Shown here: one piece after another, positions 49,712-62,383 of the stretch
Layout: each line of letters opens with the position of its first letter
How positions within the stretch are numbered: position 1 is the stretch's first letter
NCBI GenBank assembly: GCA_044892505.1
Contig: CM097884.1
Coordinates: 98,766,001 to 98,830,000, forward strand
Source: Schmidtea nova
Lineage: Eukaryota
Direction: 5' to 3'
DNA: 64,000 bases
Notes under the pieces: generated by a model
Told to the model about the DNA's origin: nothing
The model's input: only the letters and a program-made list of their open reading frames with translations
Database searches by the model: none
Made by a program: the position numbers and the translations under genes

Positions 49712-49857
49712 ATAAATTGATTTAAATAAATTGATTTCCTAACAACTGTTTTCTAATTAAATTTAATTAAATAGAACTAGATAATTAAAAGACTTAATCC
49801 ATGACAATTTGCTGAATTTTCCTATTTTATTTATACTGTTTGTTCTTTGAACAAAGA

Positions 49858-50070
49858 TTATACCAAAACTGTTCGATTAGCAGTAATTTGAATTTCATTT
49901 TCAAATATTCCATATATTATTACATGTACTGGTTCTTCAATAGCTTTAGCAAACTTTATATTCAATCTCAAATTTTCATTTAGAGGTATTTGACTTTGAT
50001 TTAAATCAATAATAGCTTTAGCGAACTTTATATCTAATCTCAAATTCTCATTTAGTAAAAGTTTAGGTTC
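49858..50070 (-). pseudogene. Polinton MCP C-terminal fragment (right arm)
   Basis: Identical translation to the left-arm copy. Confidence 0.8.
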
Positions 50071-50353
50071 CTCGGGGATTGTGTATTGATGTTTGTTTAC
50101 CCTAGCAACATATTTCACTAGGACTATATGTTGATGTGTGCGTATACCCTAGCAACATATTTCAATTTGACTATATATTGATGTGTGTGTATATCCTAGC
50201 AACATATTTCACTGGGACTATATTGATGTGTGTGTACTACCTTAGCAACAGTTTACGCAGTGAATTCACCTTAATGTGTGTATTTACGTTAGCAACCGTT
50301 GCTGTGAAAAAAGTGGTGACGTGCGCTCACTATCCCTTACTTGGGGGAATCCA

Positions 50354-50432
<79 letters not shown>

Positions 50433-50733
50433 AAGTGGGTAATTATTGAAAGAGGATAATCATTAGTCATATTTCAAATACGAAAAAGCATGATTGAGAG
50501 AAATTTTATATCAAAATACACAGAATAATTCAAAAAAAATGATAGATCCCCAATAAAATATCGTTTAAGTTACAGAGATAGAGACAAAAATAAAGATTTT
50601 TGATTATTTAAATAATTTTCACGCATAAAATGAAGCCATATCAGACATACACATATTGGAATAAATAACAAATATTTCAAAAATATATGAATTTAATTTA
50701 AAATTAAATTTTATCAAATATTAAATAAATAAT

Positions 50734-51319
50734 TCAAAGATTAGTTCTTATACGTAAATCATCAGGACATTGTTGTGTAAAGTCGAAAAACAGATATCCA
50801 TGTGGAATTTTAATTGCATCTTGAAATTAATCAAGTAAAGATGTTCTATCATTAGGGTAAGCTTGTCTTGCAAGAAAATCAATAATTGTTGCATCTCGTG
50901 GGTTTTTGAATATAACCAAATTCTGTACATTTAAATTCTGGGTTCTATGAATACCACCTTGATGGAATAAATTTTGAGTAATGAAAATAACTGTAACACC
51001 CAAGTGTCTAATAAGTTTTGTAAATAAATTGTTGAAATAATTTTCTTTATTGACTTCCTGATACAAATCATCTAATTATAATATCAGCTTGTTGTAATCT
51101 TGATGACCAATTTTTGTTAAAACCTTTTATAATAGTCATTTTAAATTTACAAAACTGATCTTGAGTCAATCCATGTTCCTCATCAGCTCCCGGATGCGAA
51201 TATATTTTATTGAATTTCGATTTAAACATTTTTTATTGTAGAAATCTACATACAAACAAGGTTTTCCCACTCCCACTGGGTCCTACTATTTGATATACGG
51301 CATCATTTTTTATTTCCAT
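50734..51319 (-). pseudogene. Polinton packaging ATPase (right arm)
   Basis: Mirror of 43600-44185, with the same lesions in the frames checked. Confidence 0.92.
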
Positions 51320-51373
51320 TTTTAATTAATTAATTAATATTAATATTGTTTATATTTGTTTAACTAATGAAAA

Positions 51374-51808
51374 ATGTTGAGCTACATCAATTATAAAGGT
51401 AAATGTTTAGTTCCCGGTATGATACTCTCGAGTGGCAAACCGAAACAAGTTGTTGACAGAAGCGGCAAGAACCCCATCATCTTCTTCAATTCTGGCAAGT
51501 GTCGGGTAATGGGATGCAAACAACCGTTAGAGCTGGAGGATTTGAAATTCAAGATTAAAAAGTTAGAGATTCAATCAATTACCGTGACGGTCGATGTCGG
51601 TAAATTTATTAATTTATACGAATTACAAAAGAAATTTCATTGTTGGTTCGAACCAGAAATATTCCCTGCATTACGCCTACAGAAATTTGATCTAGTATGT
51701 GTCAATGTTTTTAGCAGCGGAAAAGTTGTTATGCTTGGAATAAAAGCTTTTGATTTTAAAAATTATGTTGAAAATATAATTAATGAAATAAATACATTAA
51801 TTTATTAA
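51374..51808 (+). CDS. TBP-like protein, 144 aa (right arm)
   Basis: Identical translation to 43111-43545. Confidence 0.85.
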   Translation: MLSYINYKGKCLVPGMILSSGKPKQVVDRSGKNPIIFFNSGKCRVMGCKQPLELEDLKFKIKKLEIQSITVTVDVGKFINLYELQKKFHCWFEPEIFPALRLQKFDLVCVNVFSSGKVVMLGIKAFDFKNYVENIINEINTLIY

Positions 51809-51858
51809 ATAAATTTTGTTTGTATTAATTGTTATTCATTGATTGTGAAAATTTGAAA

Positions 51859-52231
51859 ATGTCGAAAAGTAAGAGTATTTTTATTTTAATTTTTATATTA
51901 ATTTATTTTTTTATTTTATTTGCTCGAAGTACTTCTCAAGAAGATCCAAGATCTATACCCAAAGATTAAATATAACCTCGATTATTGTGCCCCTGAGTTG
52001 TTAGTACATAAAATATACCATTACACTGGGATCAATATCGAGGAGTTGCTCGAAATGCACTATGATATGGTTTGGGGCTAGAGTCAAGTGTGTAGAAAAT
52101 TGCGTTGTTTGTAAGAATCAATGCGTGTTTCATACACCAATGGATGTGCCTGTTGCCACGATTTTAAAAGACAACAATCTGTGCATATTTTGGTTGCTGA
52201 AATGCAAAAGGCATACTACGATGATCTTTAG
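51859..52231 (+). pseudogene. CxxCH-motif gene with a 61-nt phase-1 intron (51869-51929) and two in-frame stops
   Basis: Spliced frame MSK|ILLKKIQDLYPK..INIEELLEMH..GCACCHD aligns with 62384-62985. Confidence 0.6.
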
Positions 52232-52307
52232 AATACAAATTAATTGCCGAAGATTTATTTAAATAAAGATTTATTTTTTAAAATTGTGTGTTTTTATATG
52301 ACATTAA

Positions 52308-52732
52308 TTCAACTGTGAGATTGTTATAGTCTCTGGTAATACAGATTCTTTCTTCTTGGAAGTTATGAATTGTAAGCTGGATATTCGTTTGTCTGCTATA
52401 TTTAGGGATATGTTATTGGATGCTTCGAATTATGACCCAAATCATACCTTGTACTCAAAAAACCTAGATTCCGTCATTGGTAAATTAAAGACGAGAATAA
52501 AGGATTCAAGTATGACGAGTGGGTGTTTCTTAGGCCTAAGTGTTACAGTCTTTTAGGTGATGAAGAGTGTCTTAAAGCTAATGGTATAACATTGAAGGAT
52601 ACTAAATTGAATCATTAGTCGCATCTGGATTGTTATAATAATAATTCAATAGTTTCTGTTGATCCGTCAGGAATAGTTAATAAGAATCATCAAATCTTTA
52701 CTAATAAATATTCGAAAATTGCCTTGACTTGA
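52308..52732 (+). pseudogene. Polinton pPolB C-terminal fragment (right arm)
   Basis: SGNTDSFF (motif C), LLDASNYDPNH..VIGK, then after a frameshift KDE..FLRPKCYSL..KANGI..HQIFT..KIALT. Confidence 0.85.
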
Positions 52733-55238
52733 TTTAAAAATTATTAAATTATGAGCATTTTTACCCAAATAAGTTTTTTTCGTATAAATTTATCGGAGGA
52801 GACTAATTTTTAATGTTTTCATTTTTGTTCGCATTTAACTCTTAGTAGATTGATATAAATATTATTGAAATCTGAGCATTTTTGATTTTTGGAATTTCCC
52901 CGAATCGACCCTTTTTACGTGTAAATTTGATCGGATGAGTTCAATTTTGCATTTTTGACCCTTTTTTGTTCACCATTTAATTCTCAGTAGATTGGTATAA
53001 AAATTATTTGGTTCTGTGCATTTTTGGAAATTTGGTAAAAAATGTTGAAAAGGTTAATTAATTTAAATTTTTGTAAAATTTAAGAAATAATAAATAAAAA
53101 TTAATAAAATTCAGTATTACATCGTCAGTTACGTAAAGGAATTACTATTTTTTAATTTTTTAAGTTTTATATAAGAATTACGTAATAAATAAAGAATTTT
53201 ATAAGGTTCAAAGTATAACGTAACTGTTACGTCATTGATATGTAGGATATGAAGTGCTATGTCATTATTACGTAACAATTACGCCACTTTATGAGGGTGA
53301 CAAACTGTATAGTTCTTACGTAATATATACAGTTTAGGGATAAATGGCTTTTGCTAGATCGCTAACTATCTCCTAATCAGGACGACAACAGAAAAACAAT
53401 GCAAACTTAAAGTAAAATTATTTTACGACGAAGAGTGTAAAAGTTGTAATATTGTGACTTATGTTTTAAGAAGTAAACAAATTGTTCTGTGCTGGGTTTC
53501 GTTGATTAATTTTTAAAAAATAAACACGTGGAATCAGACATTGGCCGGGTTCTTAAATAATAATCCAACAATATAAATATTTGAAATTTACAATTATTTG
53601 AAACTTTAAGCGCGGTATTGGTATGAGAAAGTATCAAAAATATTATTTGAGAGAATGTTAGGCTCTGAAATATACTTAGACTTATCCTATTATTACAGCC
53701 TCAAAAAATGCAATTCTGTTCAACTAACTAAAATATGTGCTTAAATATATTTTTAAATATTTATCTCTCTTATTTGTTACACATTTTGAAATCGAAATCA
53801 TTATTTTTCAACGGCTTTTAAAGAACCCCCTTCTACATCATTTGAAAGCATACACAATACTGACAAATTTGGTGCAAATTGACTTAAAATTGTATATTAT
53901 TCTATTATTTTACTTATAAATGCATATCAATATTTTTATGAAGGTACACGAATTTTCGGCAGTGCTTTTTCAAGTGTATTTCAAGTGTGCACATTATTTA
54001 TTAATATAAGAATAATAAAGATTGTTGACATTGATGATCTGTAAGCTTTATAAGATTTTGTTTCAACTTCGTAAAAGAAGTTACGAAATATATAAGTTTA
54101 GAAAAATTACCCTAAAATAGATAATATAATATTATGCTAAAATATATCTGGAAGAATAAATAGGTAATTTCTAATTCCTTTTAACAATGGAATAAATTGG
54201 GTAATTTATAAATTGAGAAATGGTTTCGATGGAAGAGGACCACAGAATTATCTCTGAAATTTATTCCAGAAAAAAAAGTTTTTGAACCCAATAAAAAGAA
54301 ATGCTGTAAAAGCGCTAACTCTTGAACAAAAAAGTTATGAAAAAAAGGTATGTCGACCGATAATTAATACCTTCCGAAAGCATAAATTACACGAATATAA
54401 CAAATAGTTTTTAGATCGTAAGCATATTGAATCTTTTCAGAACCTTTTATAGAATTAAAGAAAATATTGCATTCATATAAAATAATATATTTATAATTAG
54501 ATGGTTAAAATTGTTTTATAACTTCAACAATATTGTATCACTAGAATTATTTGTGAATACTTGAAATTTTTAGATTTAATTTCTTTGTATTTTGCCGTAA
54601 TTCTCTGTGATTTATTTATTCCTATATGCCTTGAGGAATGGATGAAATACTAAGATCAAATAAATCATCTTACAAATTAATCTGATCAAGTTTCTACAAT
54701 TTATTACCCAAAAAATTATATATCCTGTAATTTTACNNNNNNNNNNNNNNNNNNNNNNNNNNNNNNNNNNNNNNNNNNNNNNNNNNNNNNNNNNNNNNNN
54801 NNNNNNNNNNNNNNNNNNNNNNNNNNNNNNNNNNNNNNNNNNNNNNNNNNNNNNNNNNNNNNNNNNNNNNNNNNNNNNNNNNNNNNNNNNNNNNNNNNNN
54901 NNNNNNNNNNNNNCTAAAGATTTTTATAAAATTATTTTAATAAAAGAAGGTATTTTTCAAAGAAAACATCTCGTTTAAAATAAAAATGATTATCAGTAAA
55001 GATTTAAATAATTAGAACATTTAAAATCAAATTTAAAATGTACTGTAAAAAGTCTTATTAAAGTTTTTATTAAATATATAGGTTTATTAAAATATAGTTG
55101 AAATTAATTAAAAAATCGTATGTTGAATGTATGTATGAATGTTCTGTATGAAAACTCTGTCAAGAAAAATTACATATTTATGTGAATCTCCTAACGTTGT
55201 TTTAATAATTGTGGTAAAAAATACAGTTTTGAAATTTT

Positions 55239-56680
55239 GTGAATTTAATTAATTATTTAATGATCGATGCAATTAATACTCGAAGTTCGGGAAAAGAAGA
55301 TACTAACATGGCGACCACGCTTTTGGCAAATTTTGTCGAACAACCGAAACATTTCGAAATGGGCCAAGATATCCACAAGTTCATAGCAGACATCGAACGT
55401 TTCTTCGAGATATTAAATATCGAAGGCAGATTAAGAAATAACTTTGTAAGAGCATTCCTTTCTGGAAAAGCCATTGAACTATACGATGAGATAACATCAG
55501 AAATGGGATATAAAGAAAAACTTATTAGGGCGTTTTCAAAACCATCAACATTAATCGAAAATCTACAAGAAGCTCTGAATTATACGAAAGGAGAAGATAG
55601 AGTTAATGATTATTGGAGGAAACTGGAAAAATTAACAGATGGTATCCTCAAACATAAGATGGATAAAGATACGTTAATGAAGTTTCTATTGTTCAATACA
55701 TTGGATTATAAGGAGATGAAATACGATCTCAAAATCCAAGACATAAAGCCTATCGGAGAAATAAAAGCGAGAATGGAGAAATTAGAAAAGATTAAAGACG
55801 AGTTAAACGAAACCTACAGACCGATTGCAGTGATTTCAAAGAGAACATTTGCTGATACCGTTAAATTTCAGAATATGGAAAACAATATGCCTGTTGCAAG
55901 AAGTAATTTTTCAAATCAAAACGTCATTAGACATGAAGGTAAACGCTGGGAGGGTAATAAACAAAGTTTTTTCCCAAGGACAAATGGTTTACGTCAAGGA
56001 AATCGGGTACAAGATAATCAATATAAAGGATATAACTACAACAGATATAGCAACAACCAGAAAAGAAAACAATATAAAGATGAGGAAGCTGGCCAACCGA
56101 GAAAATACCAGTGCTGGGCATGCAGAGAATGGGGTCATAGAAGGCACGAATGTCCAAATGTACAATGTACTCACTGCCATAAACAAGGACATTTCAAACA
56201 TCAATGTTTTGCAATGAATAACTACAGATCCAGAGGACAGGTTGCCGGTATGGAAGAAGACTATGTGGATGACAACTACGAGGATCAGATACCGACCCCA
56301 AATGCCAAAGCTTTTGTGATGGAGGAGAGCACAAAAGCACAGAACTAAAAGTATGTAATATTCTTGACAGAAACTGTATGTATGCGAATGATTGTGATTG
56401 TATGTTTGATTCTTGTGATTTTAATATTAAATATTTAAATAATAATTTTATTAATATAAATAATATTTGTGAATTAAATAGAAATAGTATATCTGAATAT
56501 AACTCTCAAAATAGCGAATCCATAAGTTTACTAAATGAAATTACCAGCCACTATGATGCAAGTGGAAGTAGTACTGAAGAAAGATTACTAACAATTGATT
56601 CAAGTATGTGCTCGATGAATGACAGGGATTCAATTATCAGATATGATGCTATGGAAGGCAGACCGAGCGTTGATGTTAAG
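55239..56680 (+). mobile_element. Second Ty3/Gypsy element, 3'-truncated at the start of protease
   Basis: LTR end TAACA|TGGCGACCACG PBS at 55309; gag, spacer ORF, then AMEGRPSV (compare MQGRPSV at 19326), joined to the RING fragment at about 56678. Confidence 0.9.
55308..56348 (+). CDS. gag: Gypsy Gag, open frame, two CCHC knuckles
   Basis: MATTLLANFVEQPKHF..; CWACREWGHRRHEC and CTHCHKQGHFKHQC. Confidence 0.88.
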   Translation: MATTLLANFVEQPKHFEMGQDIHKFIADIERFFEILNIEGRLRNNFVRAFLSGKAIELYDEITSEMGYKEKLIRAFSKPSTLIENLQEALNYTKGEDRVNDYWRKLEKLTDGILKHKMDKDTLMKFLLFNTLDYKEMKYDLKIQDIKPIGEIKARMEKLEKIKDELNETYRPIAVISKRTFADTVKFQNMENNMPVARSNFSNQNVIRHEGKRWEGNKQSFFPRTNGLRQGNRVQDNQYKGYNYNRYSNNQKRKQYKDEEAGQPRKYQCWACREWGHRRHECPNVQCTHCHKQGHFKHQCFAMNNYRSRGQVAGMEEDYVDDNYEDQIPTPNAKAFVMEESTKAQN

Positions 56681-57060
56681 AAGTTTGTAATTCTTATCGA
56701 AAGAAAATCATGAATGAAGAAGAATTTATTTTTATTTTTCAAAGGCTCTCAAGATTATTGGAGAAATTCAGCCAGCGATATGACAGCACTGTTAAATTGC
56801 TTGCAATAATAGTGAACGAATTTCTTGATTTTATTAATATTTACTTATCTAAAACATATCCTGGATTCTTCCCCCGTTTACTAACTGAATCAAAAGATTT
56901 CTACGTTTCAAAGATCTCTAGTACGTCTGAAAACAAGGAAGAAGATTCTGACAATCATATTGTTAAAGATAAATTGAATATTATTATTTTTCAGCTTGAA
57001 GATTTATTAAAAACGTTTCCGAATTTGTTTAAACAATTGACATCATTTCAAAGTTTATTT
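56678..57060 (+). pseudogene. Internal fragment of the RING gene (second copy)
   Basis: Nearly identical to about 46920-46550; 5' end replaced by Gypsy sequence; about 350 bp before the stop deleted. Confidence 0.9.
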
Positions 57061-57891
57061 TTTCTATATTTTATTTTTGAGACAATATTTATATTTATAT
57101 ATTATCAGAGATGGGAAGTAATGATTATTGACATTTTTGAAAAGCAATTAACATTAAACAATAAAATAAAAAGTTCTTACTATTTCCACTCTTGAAATTA
57201 GTATTTATAATGTTTATCATATTGTTGTACATTTTGTTGATTAATTATATTCGATATAAAAATTTTGGGTTATGTAAAAAGTGATTAAAATAATGAAAAT
57301 ATTACTTTATTTATCGTCTATTGCATAATATTTATTCAGTTAATGAAATTCGTTTATGGGAAGAAAAGAGTCGCTCGCACACATACAACATGTATTAACA
57401 ATTTATACAGACATGCTATATGTATTGTCATACACACATATTTCGTCAATATTAATAATCAATATTAATAATAGTCAATATTATTAATCAGTCTCTCACA
57501 CACATAAATAATCATGCACGATGACCGCAGAGGTCATGCATTTAAATTGCAAAGCAATTATTTATTTTTTCAAATAAACTAAAACCCCAACCAAGCATCC
57601 TTTATAAGCACAGTTTGTATGATCTCGATATGGACATCAAATAATGTCAGGATAATCTTCTATTTCCTTAAAATTATTCGCCAATTCCAGCCCAAAAAGG
57701 AACGTTATTATACAGTATATCCAATATTTTGGTAGAAAAATACTATTAACATTCGTAATACATAATTATTATATAATTATCCATACTATTAACATTCGTA
57801 ATACAGAATTATTATATAATTATCCATTTGCATTTATCAATAAAACCATAAATATCAATAAAATAACAATTCATTTTTCTAATAACATTTA

Positions 57892-58246
57892 TTAAACTAC
57901 ATTGTTTATACCTTTTAGATAAATATAAGCCATGCAAGGCAAGGTTGACCACAAGTTATTATTAATGGATGCTCATAACGAATTCTATTATATACTATTG
58001 GTTTGCCCAACGTTTGAAGTTTATTAGGTAATAAGTCAAATGCATATACCTTTTTGGTGTCACATATACAGTAATCCAATGTTCCCCGTTTAGAATAGAT
58101 GATTGAATATTAACAACTATGGCTTATTTTACATCTAAAAAATGGATTTTATATAGTGCGTGGACTTCAATAAATTGATTTCCTAACAAATGTTTTCCAA
58201 TTCAATTTACCTAAATAGAACTAGATAAATAAAAGACTTAATTCAT
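57892..58246 (-). pseudogene. Polinton cysteine protease (second copy)
   Basis: GEHWITVYV, YNRIRY and TCGQPCLAW with the catalytic Cys-Gly; frameshifts. Confidence 0.85.
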
Positions 58247-58274
58247 GACAATTTGCTGAATTATCCTATTTTAT

Positions 58275-58860
58275 TTATAATGTTTGTTCTTTGAACAAAG
58301 ATAATACCAAAACTGTTCGATTAGCAGTAATTTGAATTTCATTTTTAAATATTCCATATATTATTACATGTACTGGTTCTTCAATAGCTTTAGCGAACTT
58401 TATATTCAATCTCAAATTCTCATTTAAAGGTATTTGACTTTGATATAAATCAATAATAGCTTTAGCGAACTTTATATCTAATCTCAAATTCTCATTTAGA
58501 GGTATTTGACTTTGATTTAAATCAAAGTCCGGAGCTAAAACAAGGGTAAATGGTTCTTTGGTTTTAAAATCAGCAGAAGATATACCTAAATTCAAATTCT
58601 TATCCAAATATTCCATATTTCTCACCATCGACTGTTAGTATCTAATACAATAATTATCATTTTCGAAATATTAAGTATATTTTTCTCGATAATCAGTGTT
58701 TTTAGATAGAGATAAGGAATTTACATTAAAATGTTTGAATTTCCCATGATTGTCGAGCGCTTTCAAATCAATCTCGGATCGAATGCGATTGTCCGATGGA
58801 GCAATAGCCAGAATGCGATCAATCAATTGAATCCCCTCAATCTCCAGATTGTGTGAATAT
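58275..58860 (-). pseudogene. Polinton major capsid protein, C-terminal third
   Basis: FKHFNVNSLSL, GISSADF..FTLVLAPDFDL, NLRLDIKFAK..EEPVHVIIYGIF; 72-nt internal duplication. Confidence 0.8.
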
Positions 58861-59062
58861 TATAAACAAGATAAACAAAAGAATGAATATTATAAACAGA
58901 ATAAAAATCATAAAAAATTAATTAATTAAAATGTCATTCAAAAATGTCGTTGTTCAACCCGTTATGGGAAAAACCGATAAAAAACAAATATTAAAGGTAA
59001 AGAAGATGTCATAAACAGACATCATTGAAAAAGAAGTAAAAAATCAAGAAATCAAAGAAGAA

Positions 59063-59437
59063 ATGGATTAAATTATAAACAAATCAAATTGTGAAAAGTT
59101 GATAATAAGGAAAACTGAACGCAGTTTACCATATTTTAATGCCATGATAAAGGCTCCAATTAATAAACGTATGACAATTTTACAGGCTTTTCCCCCATTT
59201 GTTATTGATGATTTGCTTGAGGTTATTGTCAATTTAATTCGTGGTAATGTAAATATTAGTAAAGCCAAAAGATTAGTGCTACCAAAACACAAAAGATCTC
59301 TTTTATTACTAGTCAACACTAAAAATAGTAAGCTTATGCAAATGATAATTTATAAGCAAAATGTCAGTTTCCTAGGTACATTAGTGTCAATAGTATTATC
59401 AGCTATAAGTGCAATTTCATCATTAAATGGAAACTAA
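59063..59437 (+). pseudogene. Small Polinton/adintovirus basic ORF with a C-terminal amphipathic helix (pX/Cah-like)
   Basis: LLEVIVNLIRGNV..KHKRSLLLL..YKQNVSFLGTLVSIVLSAI resembles the Q.GGFL..L motif; early stop after ATG 59063. Confidence 0.55.
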
Positions 59438-59496
59438 GCATTCAATTCCGGATAAACATAATTTAGACTTGAATATATTAACATCTTGTTGTAACA

Positions 59497-60470
59497 ATGA
59501 CGGAAATATTATACAAAAAGAAGGTAACCAAAAATCAATTAAAAAAGATTTATACAAACCCAAAAGATCCCGATTTGTTTGATGGGGTAAACAAAATTTC
59601 AAAAAGAGTTAATAATTATAGAAAGATACACAAAAATGGTTATCTGATCAATTGGCATATAGTTTAAATAAACCAATGTTAAAAGGATTTCCTACACGTA
59701 GTTACAAACAATTGGTATTGATGATTTATGGCAAATAGATTTAATGGAAATGATACCTTTTTCAAAAATAAATAATGGATACAAGTATATTTTGACTTGT
59801 ATTGATGTGTTTAGTCGCTATGTATGTGCAGTTCCAACAAAAACTAAATCTGCAAATGAAATGGCTGAAGCTATAAAAACTTTATTTGCAGAAGGTCAAC
59901 CTCGAAATTTACAAACTAATTTGGGTAAGATTTTAATTTATTTTAAATTAATTTAAATTTTATTCTAAGTAAAGAATTTTATAATAGTAAAGTTAAAGAA
60001 ATTATCAAGGGTATTAATCATTACTCTGTATTTTCACAATTCAAGGCAGTTGTTGTTGTAAGATTCAATCGAACACTGAGATAAATTGAAAAAATACTTT
60101 GTTTTTCAAGGAAATAAAACTTGGATAAATGTTTTGCCTAAATTGATTTATAGTTATAATTATTCTCCCCATAAAGGAATACAAGGAAAGTGACTCATTG
60201 ATGTTTATTCTACAATTAATATGGATAGTTGGTTATCTGAACAAAGAAAATCAATAAAGAAAAAGCTGAAGTACAAGGTCGGTGATCATGTTAGGATCAG
60301 TAAAATCAATGGATCCACTTTATCAAGAATTTTGACAATAATTGGAGCGATGCAGTTTATCAAATCTAGAAAATCAATACAAATCAGAACCCGGTCATGT
60401 ACTTTATTACCGATTCTTAAAATAATGAAATCAGTGGGAAATTCTATCAAAATTCTATCGAAAGAGTTTT
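59497..60470 (+). pseudogene. Polinton rve integrase with a 44-nt intron-like insert
   Basis: IYTNP, LWQIDL, YILTCIDVFSRY, QTNLG|KEF, VVRFNRTL, YNYSPH, KVGDHVRISK, NWS, GKFY; second D is N and E is V; stops and frameshifts. Confidence 0.92.
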
Positions 60471-60479
60471 AAGAATATA

Positions 60480-61098
60480 AAGGTATAAAGTTATGGAAAA
60501 ATCCTATTTTTTAGATCTAAAAAAATACTTTCTTAGCGAACCATACCACAATAAACGCAACAATAAGAAACGCCAGAAACACAATGACAATAGCAAACAA
60601 ACAACATACCTAAGATTACCTTTCTTAAATGACACCACAGCCAATAAAATCACAACCATTTTTAACCAAACAGATTTGCCTATCCACATTAGTCCTACTT
60701 TCATAACTTCCGCACCGTTAAAATCACAACTCCGAAAGCCACCAATTTCCAACATCTCCTAACATAAATGTCTTTGCCGTTCCACAACCCGATGATTTTG
60801 CTTTTCCAAAAATATACTATATAAACTTTTTTGTCAAAAATGTGACGCTACTTACATAGGAGAAACACATAGAACTTTTCGCACCCGACTTAATGAACAC
60901 ATTAAAATCAAAACCAGTAATTATTACGAACACTGGGAAAAAGTACATAAAACAACTCCATCTATAGAAGAAACAAAATGCCTGATTCTACAAGAGGGAT
61001 TCAAAAATTCATTACAAAGATTAGCTTCCGAGACTTTTTACATCAAAAAATACAAACCTTCCATCAACATTCAATTCGCACAAAAACGTCATTTTTAA
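60480..61098 (+). mobile_element. Penelope-like element 3, 3' fragment (GIY-YIG)
   Basis: YLRLPF, ILYKLFCQKCDATYIGETHRTFRTRLNEH, ETFYIKKYKPSIN; two stops. Confidence 0.9.
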
Positions 61099-61201
61099 AA
61101 AGAAAATTAAAATAAATTTTTTCATCCAATAAAATCATTATAAAATATAAAATAAATAATTAATGTTAGTATTAAGGATTAAGTTAATATAACGATTAAA
61201 A

Positions 61202-61274
61202 TACACACTTGATAAAGGCTGTTCCGAAATATTTTGTACTTATTTAAAATTTTTTTTATCTATAGTCATTATGG
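61202..61274 (+). mobile_element. Copy of the short TACACACTTGATAAAGG element (runs into an N block)
   Basis: 5' 70 bp match 31686-31760. Confidence 0.65.
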
Positions 61275-61449
61275 NNNNNNNNNNNNNNNNNNNNNNNNNN
61301 NNNNNNNNNNNNNNNNNNNNNNNNNNNNNNNNNNNNNNNNNNNNNNNNNNNNNNNNNNNNNNNNNNNNNNNNNNNNNNNNNNNNNNNNNNNNNNNNNNNN
61401 NNNNNNATCAAAAACTAAAATTTAAATTATTAACATTTATTGAATATAA

Positions 61450-61948
61450 CATTTATAAAATAAAATTTATGCATATCGTGCACTGTCAATTCTCCAAATT
61501 GGAGTTATAACATCTTTTGTATCAATTTTATATCCCTGAATGATTATGGTAATAAACCAATTTTCTTGATCCTTGTATTCGATAGATCGAAAGCATCGTG
61601 GAAACGGGTTTTTCGGCTGTTAATTCATACAGTTTCCTTGCGATTTAAATTGTTATTGATTTTGAATAAAACTTTATTTAGTGCATCAACATCTTCTTTA
61701 CTTAGATTTGCAGCTAAATTGTCATACAAAGACTTTGTTAATTTCACTGGATAGAAAAAACGAAACGATATTTCTTGTTCCAAGAAATAAATTTTGTAAT
61801 CGTAGTACATTTGTACTGGTTTCACTTCATTTTTGATTTTTTTCTTCACTGATGTCATAAGTTGATTTACGTGCTGGCATTTTTTAAATTGTGACAATAT
61901 CTTAAAAATGTCTTTGTATTTATAGTGATGAGTAATGCCTTTGTCCAA
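61450..61948 (-). pseudogene. Unknown ORF in the third Polinton-like copy
   Basis: 107-aa open part, and the frame stays coding-like past its stop; same strand as and downstream of the CxxCH and TBP-like genes. Confidence 0.35.
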
Positions 61949-62383
61949 TCAAAATGACGCATTCTAACTGCGCATGATATGTATGTCTTTGTTGCATGCA
62001 TGTATGTCTTTGTTACATATGTGTCTTTGTTGTAGCTATGCATATGTGTTTAATGATAATGCATTTATCATCTTTAATTATCGCGTTTTTAAAACATATC
62101 TCAGAAACTTATTTACTTTAAAATACTTTAAAACTTTTATACTTATTTGCATTAAAACTTCATTACTTTAAAATTTATATATTTACTTTTATATCTTATT
62201 TTACTATAAAATAAAAACAAAAACATAAATTAATATACATTTATTAAATAATAACAAAAAATGACAATATATATATATATAAAAATGACAACATGTAAAA
62301 AACATTTATTCTGCCATGTCCATATCATCATTTTTACAATGACATTCATCGCAATTGGAAGATTCTGGCGACTGATCGCATTG

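Larger units (their letters stand above)
49725..54736. repeat. Right arm of the ~5-kb inverted repeat
   Basis: Reverse complement of 40186-45152. Confidence 0.97.

Noticed and set aside
52062-52262. Cys-rich ORF MIWFGARVKC.. (mirror 42657-42857)
   Set aside because: Wrong frame; homology with 62384-62985 supports the overlapping frame containing GCACCHD.
40186-54736. Reading the 5-kb arms as true Polinton TIRs
   Set aside because: The arms contain broken core genes and flanking DNA and cut the protease gene; no AG-repeat termini or 6-bp TSD were identified.
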